From NCBI GenBank assembly GCA_963749495.1, contig CAVVMW010000023.1, forward strand, positions 512,001 to 576,000: a stretch of DNA of 64,000 nt, read 5' to 3'. This document shows, in pieces, positions 31,790-40,739 of the stretch; within the stretch, counting starts at the first letter, position 1; each line of letters starts with the position of its first letter. A program made the translations under genes and the position numbers. Source of the DNA: an uncultured bacterium. Lineage in GTDB: Bacteria; Verrucomicrobiota; Verrucomicrobiia; Limisphaerales; UBA8199. The notes below the pieces were generated by a model. That model was not told where the DNA came from. It saw only the letters and a program-made list of their open reading frames with translations, and ran no database searches.

Positions 31790-33103
31790 TTGAACGTATA
31801 GGTCAAGAGCAGCCCGATCTGGTTCTGCGTGTATTCACGAAAGAGGATGTCCGAGTCGCGAAACGTCAGCCGGTAATTGAGGCTCACGCTCAAGTTCCGA
31901 GTGGCCGCCCAGGTGAGACTGCAGTTGGTGCCGTAGAAGTCGTAATTCTCGGCCAGGCCCCCCGGAGGGGCCCCGCCAGGACTGACAAGACCTGGTGCCC
32001 GTGCTCATAGAAACCCGCTCCCGCCAGGGCCCAATCCCTGGCCAGCGCCCAATTGAGACCCGGCCGGACATACCAGGCATCGACGGAATCGGATTCCACG
32101 CCCAGGCGCAGTTGGCGCCCGGCGCTCAGGCTCAATCCCAACGCATCGGTCAGTTGATGGCTCGCGGTCAGGTCCACATACCAGGCATCCTCGTCCACGG
32201 CCTTGATCGGGGGCACCGTCCGGCTGGTCTGGTCGAAGAGATACGCCGTGTAGCCCGCCCGGGGCACAATCCGAATCGCCGAACTGGGCCGCCAATCGCC
32301 AAAAAGACCCGCGCTGTAAGCGGTGTTGTCGTTGAGCACCTGCCGCTCGTAACCGGTCAGCGCCACCGTCGCTTCACTGCCCACGACCAGCCGCGGGTGC
32401 ATCCGCAAGCCCGCCCGCGCAAAGAAATCTTCCGAGGCGTGCGTCAGGTAATCGAAGGCCGGCGAGGAGGCGACGAGGTTCACATGGTCGTAGCCCAGGG
32501 CCAGGTTCACCTGGTTCAAGTCCCAGTTCCCGGAGATGCCCGCATCGTTCTGGAAGTAGCCGTAGAAGCCGGTTCCGGCGACGGCACCCTCCAGAGCGGA
32601 GTCCTGCGTGTACGCCATCCGGTCGTGCAGGTCGAACGTCAATTGCCCCGCATCGATGTCCAGGGCGACTTCCGACCCCGACCCGATGAGCCAATACGAG
32701 TACTGGCTGTGCCGAAGGTAGTCGTCATACCCGGCCGCGAAATTCACGTTGAGGAAGCTGCTCTGACTGACGGGATAGCTGGCGAGGATCTGCCCGGATG
32801 CCCGCAGGATGAAATCCGAGAGCGGATTGTACCTGGTCCCGTTGATGTCGTCGTTCCAGTCCAACTCCAGGCTGGTGGAGGCCAACAGCCGGAGGTCATC
32901 GATCTTGACCGTATAGGCCGCGAGTTCCTGGCGCGCCCGCCGAGCCTCCTCTGCGGTCAGGTTCGCCTTCAAGACCTGCAGGGCCTCCTGAGCACGCGCC
33001 GCTTCGCAGGCCAGCACCGCCAGCCCCGCCACAGCGGCTTCAACCACCGAATCAGTTGCGGCCCGACCAAAACCGGCATGTGTGGAATGGCGTGATTTAG
33101 CAT
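31786..33103 (-). CDS. Outer-membrane beta-barrel protein of EPS locus (frameshift near 31960; start uncertain)
   Basis: Alternating beta-strand pattern; corrected C-terminus NQIGLLLTYTFK*, stop overlaps wza ATG. Confidence 0.75.
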
Positions 33104-33111
33104 AAGGGTTG

Positions 33112-34224
33112 TCAGGGGACGGCCACGGGGGGTTGCCGCGGCTCGGCTGGATGGGGGTACCCGATGACGGCCGGGCTGTCGGGCGCCGCCTGCTCGGGCG
33201 GCGCGGGCCGGCTCCCGGCTCGGGACTGACCGCGCGTGCCGGGACCGCCGGCCTGAGGACAGAGCCCGCCCACACGCAATGGACAGCCCAGCCGCTCTTT
33301 GATTTGCTCCTGGGCCGCGTTGCCGCTCCCCAGGGCGCGCCTGCGCCACTGGCCCGGGCTGGTCCCGAACCGCCGCTTGAAGCAGATGTTGAAAAGACCC
33401 AGGTGGTTGAAGCCGCACTCCTCGGCCACGCGGATGACCTTGGCATCGGGATTCCGCAGCAATGACACCGCCTTGAGGAGCCGCATCTCCATCTTCAACG
33501 CCGCCACCGAAATGCCGAAGTGCTGGTGAAAGAGGCGGTTGAGATGACGCCGGCTGCAACCGAACTTGGCCGCCAGTTCGGCCACCGAGCAATAGAGCAG
33601 CTCGTTGGTCGAGAGCCGCTCGAAGACCTGGAGCATGTGCTCCTCGATCCGGACATACCCGGCGGGCGGGCGCTGCGCCCGCTTGAATTCCGCGGACAGG
33701 ATGGCGGCCGCAACTCTGAGCACCTGGCTGCGGTGCGCCAAATCGAACTGCGGCGGGACGCCTGCTGCCAGCCTCTGGCATTCCTGCGCCGTCTCGCTGG
33801 CTGCCGGATACACCTTCGCCCCCTTGAATCCATCCGTAAACCTCTGCAACAAAGCGATCTCCGGACCGACACATAGTGGGAACAAGTGTTCCGGGCACAG
33901 GCCAAAGCCGCCGAACTCAAACCCCGCTCCCTCCTCCGCTATGAGCTTGCCGGGTGACCCCCGGTTCAGCACCAGAACGTCTCCTGCCCCTACAGGCTGG
34001 CTGGCCATCCCCAGGACGTGTCGGCCCCGGCCCGCCCGGCCCAGCACAAACCCCAGCCCGCAGCCCACGCTGCTCCATTCCTCAAGAGGTCGCAGGCGGA
34101 CCGTGCGCAGTCTCAGATAGTCTTCCGTGGCCATTGCCTGATAGATAAACTCGGACGCCGCATCGTGTCCCTCCGGCACACTCCAGGCAACAACAACAGA
34201 GCAAAATCCGTGCCTCGCCTTCAC
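33112..34224 (-). CDS. AraC-family transcriptional regulator
   Basis: SVAELAAKFGCSRRHLNRLF..VAEECGF..FKRRFGTSP. Confidence 0.9.
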   Translation of the reverse strand: MKARHGFCSVVVAWSVPEGHDAASEFIYQAMATEDYLRLRTVRLRPLEEWSSVGCGLGFVLGRAGRGRHVLGMASQPVGAGDVLVLNRGSPGKLIAEEGAGFEFGGFGLCPEHLFPLCVGPEIALLQRFTDGFKGAKVYPAASETAQECQRLAAGVPPQFDLAHRSQVLRVAAAILSAEFKRAQRPPAGYVRIEEHMLQVFERLSTNELLYCSVAELAAKFGCSRRHLNRLFHQHFGISVAALKMEMRLLKAVSLLRNPDAKVIRVAEECGFNHLGLFNICFKRRFGTSPGQWRRRALGSGNAAQEQIKERLGCPLRVGGLCPQAGGPGTRGQSRAGSRPAPPEQAAPDSPAVIGYPHPAEPRQPPVAVP

Positions 34225-34460
34225 ATCCCCGCCCTGGCCAGCCCGAAGCCAATCCCAACTCGAGACCGCCAGATCCTGGCAGGCTCAGGCCGGACCAGCG
34301 ATTGCCGGCACAAAACTCACCGGTGGTCGCCTGGCCACGGCACTTGTGCCGATCAACAGCACCACTTAACTAAAAAGCAGGGGCCAGGTCCATACATAAA
34401 TTGACCGAAACCCAGGCGGGATTGGGACATGGAGGGAGGTGCGGGGCGAGGCTCGCCTGC

Positions 34461-34571
34461 CCTAAATCGAACTACGTAGCATTGGCACAACCTTTGTCGC
34501 AGCCTTTGTCGAAACCTTTGTCGAGCTCAGCCGGATTTCGACAAAGGTTCCGACAAAGGCTGCGACAAAGG
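34461..34571. repeat. Family A palindromic element
   Basis: CTAAATCGAAC..CCTTTGTCG x3 / CGACAAAGG x3. Confidence 0.9.
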
Positions 34572-34599
34572 CAGGGGAGCCGAGCGTTCGGCTCAGGCT

Positions 34600-35013
34600 C
34601 TATGCCGGGGTTGGCCGCATGGCCTGGAGGAGCCGATCGGCGCTCTCCTTTACATCGAGCAGGTGGGCCGGCCTGTGGATAACGCAATCGACGCATTCGC
34701 AGATCTCGGGAGGGTTGCCCGAGTACATGAGGATGGGAGTCGAGGGGGACCGCGCCTTGATTGCCTGAGCCATTTCCAAGCCGCTCATTCCGGGCATGAA
34801 ATTATCCGTGATCACCAGGCCGTGCACGGCCGGGCTGAAGACCGCGAGGCCCTCCTCGGCATTGCGCGCCGATTGGACTATATAACCGAAGCTGGCGAGA
34901 AACCACTTGGTGGTAATCCGCGACACGTCGTTATCGTCGACAACCAGGATGGTTATCGCCGAGAGCGAAACAGTGTCTTGAGGTTGTTTGGCTTCTGAGT
35001 GCTGCATGTGCAT
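34600..35013 (-). CDS. Single-domain response regulator (receiver)
   Basis: ILVVDD, ITDNFMPGMSG, LMYSG; the conserved Lys appears replaced (IHRP). Confidence 0.8.
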   Translation of the reverse strand: MHMQHSEAKQPQDTVSLSAITILVVDDNDVSRITTKWFLASFGYIVQSARNAEEGLAVFSPAVHGLVITDNFMPGMSGLEMAQAIKARSPSTPILMYSGNPPEICECVDCVIHRPAHLLDVKESADRLLQAMRPTPA

Positions 35014-35195
35014 CTTCAAACCTCGGCATCCTACCACAAACGTCAAAGTCAAGTCCATGCACATTTGAGACGGGCGCAAGCGCCTCTTGGACATGCGGGC
35101 CAACATCAATTCTTGGACGCCCCAGGCCGTGTAGTGTAGCGGCGGACCGGTCTGACCGGCCGGACATGGCCGGTTTCACCTGCACGTTCCCCGTT

Positions 35196-37793
35196 TCACC
35201 GTCTCAGCCGCATAGCCCGAAACGGCGGCCTCATTCCCGGCCCGTTGCCGCCAGTCCGCATCCCCTCGACGCTGCGGAGGGCGCTCGCCGTCGGCGCCGA
35301 TTCCAGGTCCAGGATGGTCTGCGCCAGGCGCGCGTAGGTCTTGGCCAGGCCGAGGTGGTTCTCCACGCCCTCGATCCAGTCCTCGGCGCCGGTGCGGACG
35401 TCGCGTTCCTTGCGCAGGTTCAGCAAATGCCCGTCCAGGATGGCCTGGCTGACGCCGGGACCGATATGCGTCTGCGGCAACCGCGCTCGTCTCAAGCTCC
35501 GGACGGCTTTCTGGCTTCCGGACTCAGGACTGTGGACTGCCTGCCCGTCCGGCAGGCGGGTGGACCGTGGACTGTGGACTAACTCTATCACGCCTTCGGC
35601 GGGCGTTAAGAAGTCATTAACGGCCGTCTGAATCGATTCCGAGCGGTTGCACTTGATCAGCGGATAGATCCGGCCCTCTTGTGTGAACCCGATCGTCTGC
35701 TCGATGCCCCGCGCCTCCCCGGCCACGAACAGCACTGCCGCTGCCCGGATCCCCTTCCATCTCGCCCGCTCCCCGTCCCAGGACAGGCCCGCCTGCCCGC
35801 CGCCTGGCAGGCGGGCCTGCCTGCCGGCAGGCAGGGCGCCCAACCCATAGAGCCGCATCTTGAGCAACTCGTTGCGCGGCGCCGCCGGCGGCGGATAGTC
35901 CTCCAGGCCGTTGAGCGACAGGACCAGCCGTTTGGTCAGGTCCGGCTCCCCGCCCGCATCCAGGAACAGGCACTCGACGCCCAGAGTGCTCATCAAGACG
36001 GGCACCCTGGCCGGGGCGGTGCCGCTGGCGATGAGTTCGGCCCACACACAGGCGCTGACGAGCGGGCCGCGCACCTCATCGCACCAGAACCAGCAGCGCG
36101 GCCCCATGTCCATCCCCGCGACGCGGGTACTAGTCCACAGTCCAGAGTCCACCCGCCTGCCGGACGGGCAGGCAGTCCACAGTCCGGCAGGCCCGGTGGG
36201 AGAGCGCGTCCCCCGCGGAGACTGTGGACTGCCCGCCTCGCTCGCGCTCCGGCGCGGCGGGTGGACCGTGGACTGTGGACTTGCCAGCGACATGGCATAG
36301 GACTCAGCCGCTTCCCGAGATTCAGCCATCCCGAGAAAGCGGCAGTCATCGAGGACGGCCTGGGTAATCGGCTGGGCGGCGCCGGCGTTCGGGATCGCGA
36401 TGCGGTCGCAGTAGAAGGCCTGCATTGCGTTGCCGCTCGGGTCTTCGAAGGCGGCGTACCAGGCGCCGACAATTTCCTGCACCGGGATGGCGCTGATGTT
36501 GAGCTGGGAGACGCGCACGCCAAGCCGCGCCTGCGCCATCCGCTCCGGGTGCTTCGCGACATACCGGCCGCTCTCGCGGTCCAGCTCCGCCCCGCACTCC
36601 GGGCAGGCGACGTAGTACCGGGCCAGCCGGTCGTGGCCGGCCTCGGGGGAGAGGAGAGGGTCGAGGGTCGCCATGCCTGCCGGCAGGCAGGAGGGTCCAG
36701 GGGCAGACGACAAGCGCGAGGCGGCGCCAGGCGCTTGCGGACTGTGGACTGCCTGCCCGTCCGGCAGGCGGGTGGACTGTGGACTGTGGACTCTTACACA
36801 ACGCGGGAACTTTTCCTCGAGGCACCACTCACGCCCGCAGTTGGGGCAGGGCACAAGCTTCACGTGGAAGCTCGAGGCCTTGAGCCGCGCGTTCTGCCCG
36901 GCGCCGGCCACGCGCTGGGTCCCGATGAAACACGTCAGGTGCACCGGCGAGTTGGTCATGCGCGCATCCACGTAGCCAATGTTCCGGTCCGGGATGTCGT
37001 CGACCTCGTCCAGCAGCGCCAGGTTGATGGTGATCGAGGTCGGCGGCTTGTGCATCCCGCAGAAATTGCCGAAGGCCTTGCGTTTGCCGTTGGTCACCGT
37101 GTAGCTCTCCTTGCGGTCGATGGTCTTGCCGCTGGCGTTTTGGGTCTTGCCGATCTGGATCATCTGGGCCATCCAGGGATAGAGGTCCAGGACGTTGGGC
37201 CGGAATTTTTGCCCCGCGATTTCTTCCACCTTTGGCCGGTCCGGGAGATAGTTGCCCACGCTCAGGAACCGGATAGCCGTTGCGTATGCCATCAGGTTCA
37301 ACTCGAGGATCGTCTTGCCGAACTGCGCCCCGCCCCCGACCGCTATGCTCGCCCCCTTGAGTTGGCGCGGCCCGAACTCGACCCCGTCGATCTCGACCCG
37401 CTCGCCGTCCAGCGTGTTGCGGACGATCTTGTCCAGCCAATCGACCACGACCTGCAGCGGCGCGCGCCCCGCCATCGAAAACCGCCCGCCGGTGCCGTCC
37501 CGCTGCAGGACCCGCGCATGGTCCGTCAGGAACTCCTTGAACGTCCCGCACCGCGGCGCGTTGCCCACCCTGGCCCTCTTCGATAGCCGGGCATCCAACC
37601 CCTCCAGCGCCGTCGGACGCGGACTCTGGACTGTGGACTGTGGACTGGATTGGTGGATTGATGGATTGATGGATTGGTGGCAGAGGGCGTCGGACTGGGA
37701 GACTGTGGACTGTGGACTGTGGACTCTGGACTGCCCGTCCTCCGCAGTAGCTCTGCTACGGAGGGTGGATGGACTCTGGACTGTGGACTTCAT
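35196..37793 (-). CDS. Phage terminase large subunit (GpA-like) with in-frame repeat insertions
   Basis: Walker A GGAQFGKT, Walker B LLDEVD, CPNCG..CPECG, nuclease-like GMDMG. Confidence 0.8.
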   Translation of the reverse strand: MKSTVQSPSTLRSRATAEDGQSRVHSPQSTVSQSDALCHQSINPSIHQSSPQSTVQSPRPTALEGLDARLSKRARVGNAPRCGTFKEFLTDHARVLQRDGTGGRFSMAGRAPLQVVVDWLDKIVRNTLDGERVEIDGVEFGPRQLKGASIAVGGGAQFGKTILELNLMAYATAIRFLSVGNYLPDRPKVEEIAGQKFRPNVLDLYPWMAQMIQIGKTQNASGKTIDRKESYTVTNGKRKAFGNFCGMHKPPTSITINLALLDEVDDIPDRNIGYVDARMTNSPVHLTCFIGTQRVAGAGQNARLKASSFHVKLVPCPNCGREWCLEEKFPRCVRVHSPQSTRLPDGQAVHSPQAPGAASRLSSAPGPSCLPAGMATLDPLLSPEAGHDRLARYYVACPECGAELDRESGRYVAKHPERMAQARLGVRVSQLNISAIPVQEIVGAWYAAFEDPSGNAMQAFYCDRIAIPNAGAAQPITQAVLDDCRFLGMAESREAAESYAMSLASPQSTVHPPRRSASEAGSPQSPRGTRSPTGPAGLWTACPSGRRVDSGLWTSTRVAGMDMGPRCWFWCDEVRGPLVSACVWAELIASGTAPARVPVLMSTLGVECLFLDAGGEPDLTKRLVLSLNGLEDYPPPAAPRNELLKMRLYGLGALPAGRQARLPGGGQAGLSWDGERARWKGIRAAAVLFVAGEARGIEQTIGFTQEGRIYPLIKCNRSESIQTAVNDFLTPAEGVIELVHSPRSTRLPDGQAVHSPESGSQKAVRSLRRARLPQTHIGPGVSQAILDGHLLNLRKERDVRTGAEDWIEGVENHLGLAKTYARLAQTILDLESAPTASALRSVEGMRTGGNGPGMRPPFRAMRLRR

Positions 37794-37801
37794 TTTAGCC
37801 T

Positions 37802-38362
37802 TTAGCCTTCAGCCTTTAGCCTTTCGGCGAATCGCGCCCGCCACGCGCGGTATTCTTCGAGCAGGTCCGGGTGCTGCTGGAGCACTTGGGCCAGTTCATC
37901 GAGGCCGGCCTTGATCTTCTTCTGCTGCTGCAGCCGGAACTTCTCCCAATCCCGCCGGGCCACCGAGTCGTGCAAATCCGTGGCCACCACCTGGAGCCCC
38001 AGCTTGGGGTCCCCGCGCATGTCCGCCACCGCATAGAGGCGCTTGATGGCGGCGTCCCGCAGCCGGTCCCGGTCCACGTCCGGACACTGCTCGCGCAGCA
38101 TCTGCTCATCCTGCGCCGCCATCTCGTTGAGCCGCTCCCATTGCATCTGGCGATACTGCCAGCCCCAGAACCTCTCGAGATGCGAATGGCACCCAAGTGA
38201 GATGCCGTGTGTCTTCAAGATGCGTTCCCGAATCGCCGCGTTGGTCATCCCGGGCTGGTCCCTCCATTCCCAGATCGCCGCCCAATCCTCCGGGGGCAGC
38301 CGCTTGAGCCGGGTCATCGGACTTTCCAGGTCATTCCCGCGTAATTTCCGGGGGCAACTCAT
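37802..38362 (-). CDS. Mu gp27/DUF3486-like putative terminase small subunit
   Basis: MTRLKRLPPEDW.. helical N-terminus; lies directly upstream of terminase large subunit. Confidence 0.55.
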   Translation of the reverse strand: MSCPRKLRGNDLESPMTRLKRLPPEDWAAIWEWRDQPGMTNAAIRERILKTHGISLGCHSHLERFWGWQYRQMQWERLNEMAAQDEQMLREQCPDVDRDRLRDAAIKRLYAVADMRGDPKLGLQVVATDLHDSVARRDWEKFRLQQQKKIKAGLDELAQVLQQHPDLLEEYRAWRARFAERLKAEG

Positions 38363-38594
38363 TCCGTTTCAGCCGGCTAAAAATGTCTTCACGCGCCCAC
38401 TCTGCCGCGCCCCGGCCCGCCTCGTCCAGGGACAGCGCGGACTGCGCGGACTGTGCGGAGGAAAAAGGACCCCCAGACCCCCCCCAGGCGCGCCGGCCCC
38501 CCTGTGAATAACTTTTCCCCCTCCATGCCCATGGTTGGACAGGCTTTGTCCTACCACTGGACATATGATCACTAGCGAGAAGAAACGGTTCCGC

Positions 38595-38786
38595 ATGAAA
38601 ACAGCCATTTTGATCCTGGACCCCGAGCTCGAAGCGGTGGCGGCCCGCTGGAGCGCGGCCCGCTGCCGGAAGGCGGCCCGCCTTTGCAGGGAGTGGGCCC
38701 GCGCCCTGAGCCTGAAAGCCCTCGTCCAGGAGTCCTCCAAACCGCCGCCCTCGGCGCCCGAGCAATCCGCGCTCGATCAGAACTAA
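38595..38786 (+). CDS. Small hypothetical protein (possibly phage-derived)
   Basis: MKTAILILDPELEAVAARW..; divergent from terminase pair. Confidence 0.5.
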   Translation: MKTAILILDPELEAVAARWSAARCRKAARLCREWARALSLKALVQESSKPPPSAPEQSALDQN

Positions 38787-38831
38787 CCGCGCAGCGTTCT
38801 GACTGCTCTAGCATGTTCGGGGGCTGACTCG

Positions 38832-39758
38832 CTATCGCTCGCCGACGCCAGGGGCGCCGGGGGCGGGAACGTGGTGGCCGAAAATGCCGAGTTTGGCGCG
38901 CAGGATGGAGTCGAGGCGGGGTTTGTCAGACGGGTGAAGGGAGATCAGACGTTTGCCCTCCTGCTGATAAAGCTGCTGCTTCTTCAACATGCCAATTCTG
39001 TAGTCAGCCGTATTCATGCCCCAGTACTCGATGTAAACGTCCAATTCAGGCAAGTAGAAGTCGGGCCGAACGGCATGGCCGCTGAGGATGCGGAAGCGTT
39101 CGTCGTAGCGGAAGGCGATGCTGTGGGCGGTGAGCCAGTCGGCGATGAGACGCTCGCCATCGGATTGGACGAGCACGCCAGCCTTGGCAATGATTGTCTT
39201 GTTCAGTTCGACCTTCGTGTCAAAGTTGCGCCGATCGAGGAAGACCTCGTCGAAGCAGGAGTCGCAAAACGTGCGTTGGAAGGCCTGTTGACTGCGGGTG
39301 TGTTCCTCGGCGGTGGTTTCGCGGCCGCATCGGGCGCATTTGTGCCGGGCCCCTTCTTGCTCCAGACGCAGGGCTTCGCGGACCGCCTCGGCGGCCGAGT
39401 GCGCAGCGCGGCGCACGTAGTCCTTCACGCGCTCGTTGAGGGCCAGGTCGTCGAGGTCGTGCAGGTGCTCACGGGCGGCGACGCCGTACGCCTTGAGGGC
39501 TTTCAGGGCATACTGTTGGGCTTGGGGATGCGGGTCGCGCAGGGCGACCGGCGCGAGAGCCTGCACGGCTGCGTTCCGATCAGCGCCGAAGGATGCGAGT
39601 TTGCCGATGGCGGAGGCGGCGAGGCGGCGCACTTCCGCCGATGGCATCTTCAGCAGGCGCGTGAGTTGCGGCAGGGCGCCGGGATCCGCCCCGCGGCCCA
39701 ATAGGAGAGCCTGTTGCACCGCTTCATGGTGGAGTTGGCCGTCTATGTTGCTGTTCAT
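38832..39758 (-). CDS. HEAT-repeat / Zn-finger / PD-(D/E)xK-like nuclease fusion
   Basis: EVRRLAASAIGKL repeats; CARC..CDSC; SDGERLIADWL..RPDFYLPELDVYIEYWG. Confidence 0.8.
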   Translation of the reverse strand: MNSNIDGQLHHEAVQQALLLGRGADPGALPQLTRLLKMPSAEVRRLAASAIGKLASFGADRNAAVQALAPVALRDPHPQAQQYALKALKAYGVAAREHLHDLDDLALNERVKDYVRRAAHSAAEAVREALRLEQEGARHKCARCGRETTAEEHTRSQQAFQRTFCDSCFDEVFLDRRNFDTKVELNKTIIAKAGVLVQSDGERLIADWLTAHSIAFRYDERFRILSGHAVRPDFYLPELDVYIEYWGMNTADYRIGMLKKQQLYQQEGKRLISLHPSDKPRLDSILRAKLGIFGHHVPAPGAPGVGER

Positions 39759-39951
39759 TCCGGGAAAGGGTTTGTCGCGTCGGCGAGCGCAAGCGAGTCA
39801 GCAGCTTGGACCCTCGGCCTCCAACCCTGGAGCTTTTGTGCTCCTTTTTCGCGGTTCTGGCAACAACATTCTTGCCTGCAAGGTAACCGGCCCAGTGATG
39901 GCGAAGACACAGTCCCCCCGCCGTTAGGTTAGAAAAAGTTAGATTTTTCTC

Positions 39952-39981
39952 TTGACTCTGTCTAACCATTTGTCTTACCTT
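39952..39981 (+). promoter_or_regulatory. Putative sigma70 promoter of gam
   Basis: TTGACT-N18-TACCTT in an AT-rich tract; GTTAGA..TCTAAC inverted repeat spans the -35. Confidence 0.45.
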
Positions 39982-40013
39982 TGGGGCCGGTAAACAGACG
40001 AACACCAACTGCC

Positions 40014-40541
40014 ATGAAAACGCTTGCCATCAGTTCCATGGAGGCGCTCGACACCGCGGCGGGCGAGTGTACCCGGACCCGAATCCAGCTCACCCGGTGG
40101 ATCGCCCAGAGAGATGCCGCCGTGGCCGCCCTGGAAAACGAGTATCAGCCGGCCGCCACGGGTCTGACCCAGAAGATCGCCGCGCTGGAGGCCTCCATCC
40201 AGGATTACTGCGCTGCCAACCGCGCCGCCCTCTTTCCGCAGAAGAAGAGCCGCGAGACCCACCTCGCCGAGTTCGGTTTCGAGATGACCCCGCCGCGCGT
40301 CGAAACGGCCAACAAGAAGATCAAATGGAAGGACGTCGTCGCCCGCCTGGCGCGGGTGGCCTGGGGCCGGGCCTATATCCGCACCCCGGAATGCCAGGTC
40401 AACAAGCAGGCCCTGTTGTCCGACCGCGAAAAGCTGACCCCCGAGCATTGCCTGGCCGCCGGCATCCAGTTCTGCCAGGACGAACAGTTCTTCATCCGCC
40501 CGAAACCCGAGACCGCGCAGCTCACTCTGAAGGAGGGATGA
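40014..40541 (+). CDS. gam: Mu-like host-nuclease inhibitor Gam
   Basis: Coiled-coil N-terminus, YCAANRAALF..KKSRE..FGFEMTPP..VNKQAL..GIQFCQDEQFFIRP. Confidence 0.85.
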   Translation: MKTLAISSMEALDTAAGECTRTRIQLTRWIAQRDAAVAALENEYQPAATGLTQKIAALEASIQDYCAANRAALFPQKKSRETHLAEFGFEMTPPRVETANKKIKWKDVVARLARVAWGRAYIRTPECQVNKQALLSDREKLTPEHCLAAGIQFCQDEQFFIRPKPETAQLTLKEG

Positions 40542-40595
40542 GGCGCGGGTCCCGTCCGCCTACACCCCCTTTTCAATCGAACGGACAGGAGTTTC

Positions 40596-40709
40596 ACGAA
40601 TGACGAATGACGAATGACGAATGACGAAATTGCACATGGCTCCGCCGGTCTTGCCATTCGTCATTCGTCATTCGTCATTCGTCATTCGTCATTCGTCATT
40701 CGTCATTCC
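40596..40709. repeat. Inverted heptamer arrays (GAATGAC)n - spacer - (TCATTCG)n between convergent genes
   Basis: About 4.5 and 7.5 copies; can form a long hairpin. Confidence 0.95.
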
Positions 40710-40739
40710 GTCGTCGAACTGCCGATCCCAGTATCACGT

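Noticed and set aside
35196..40541. Intact prophage
   Set aside because: No portal, capsid, tail, integrase/transposase or recognisable att sites.
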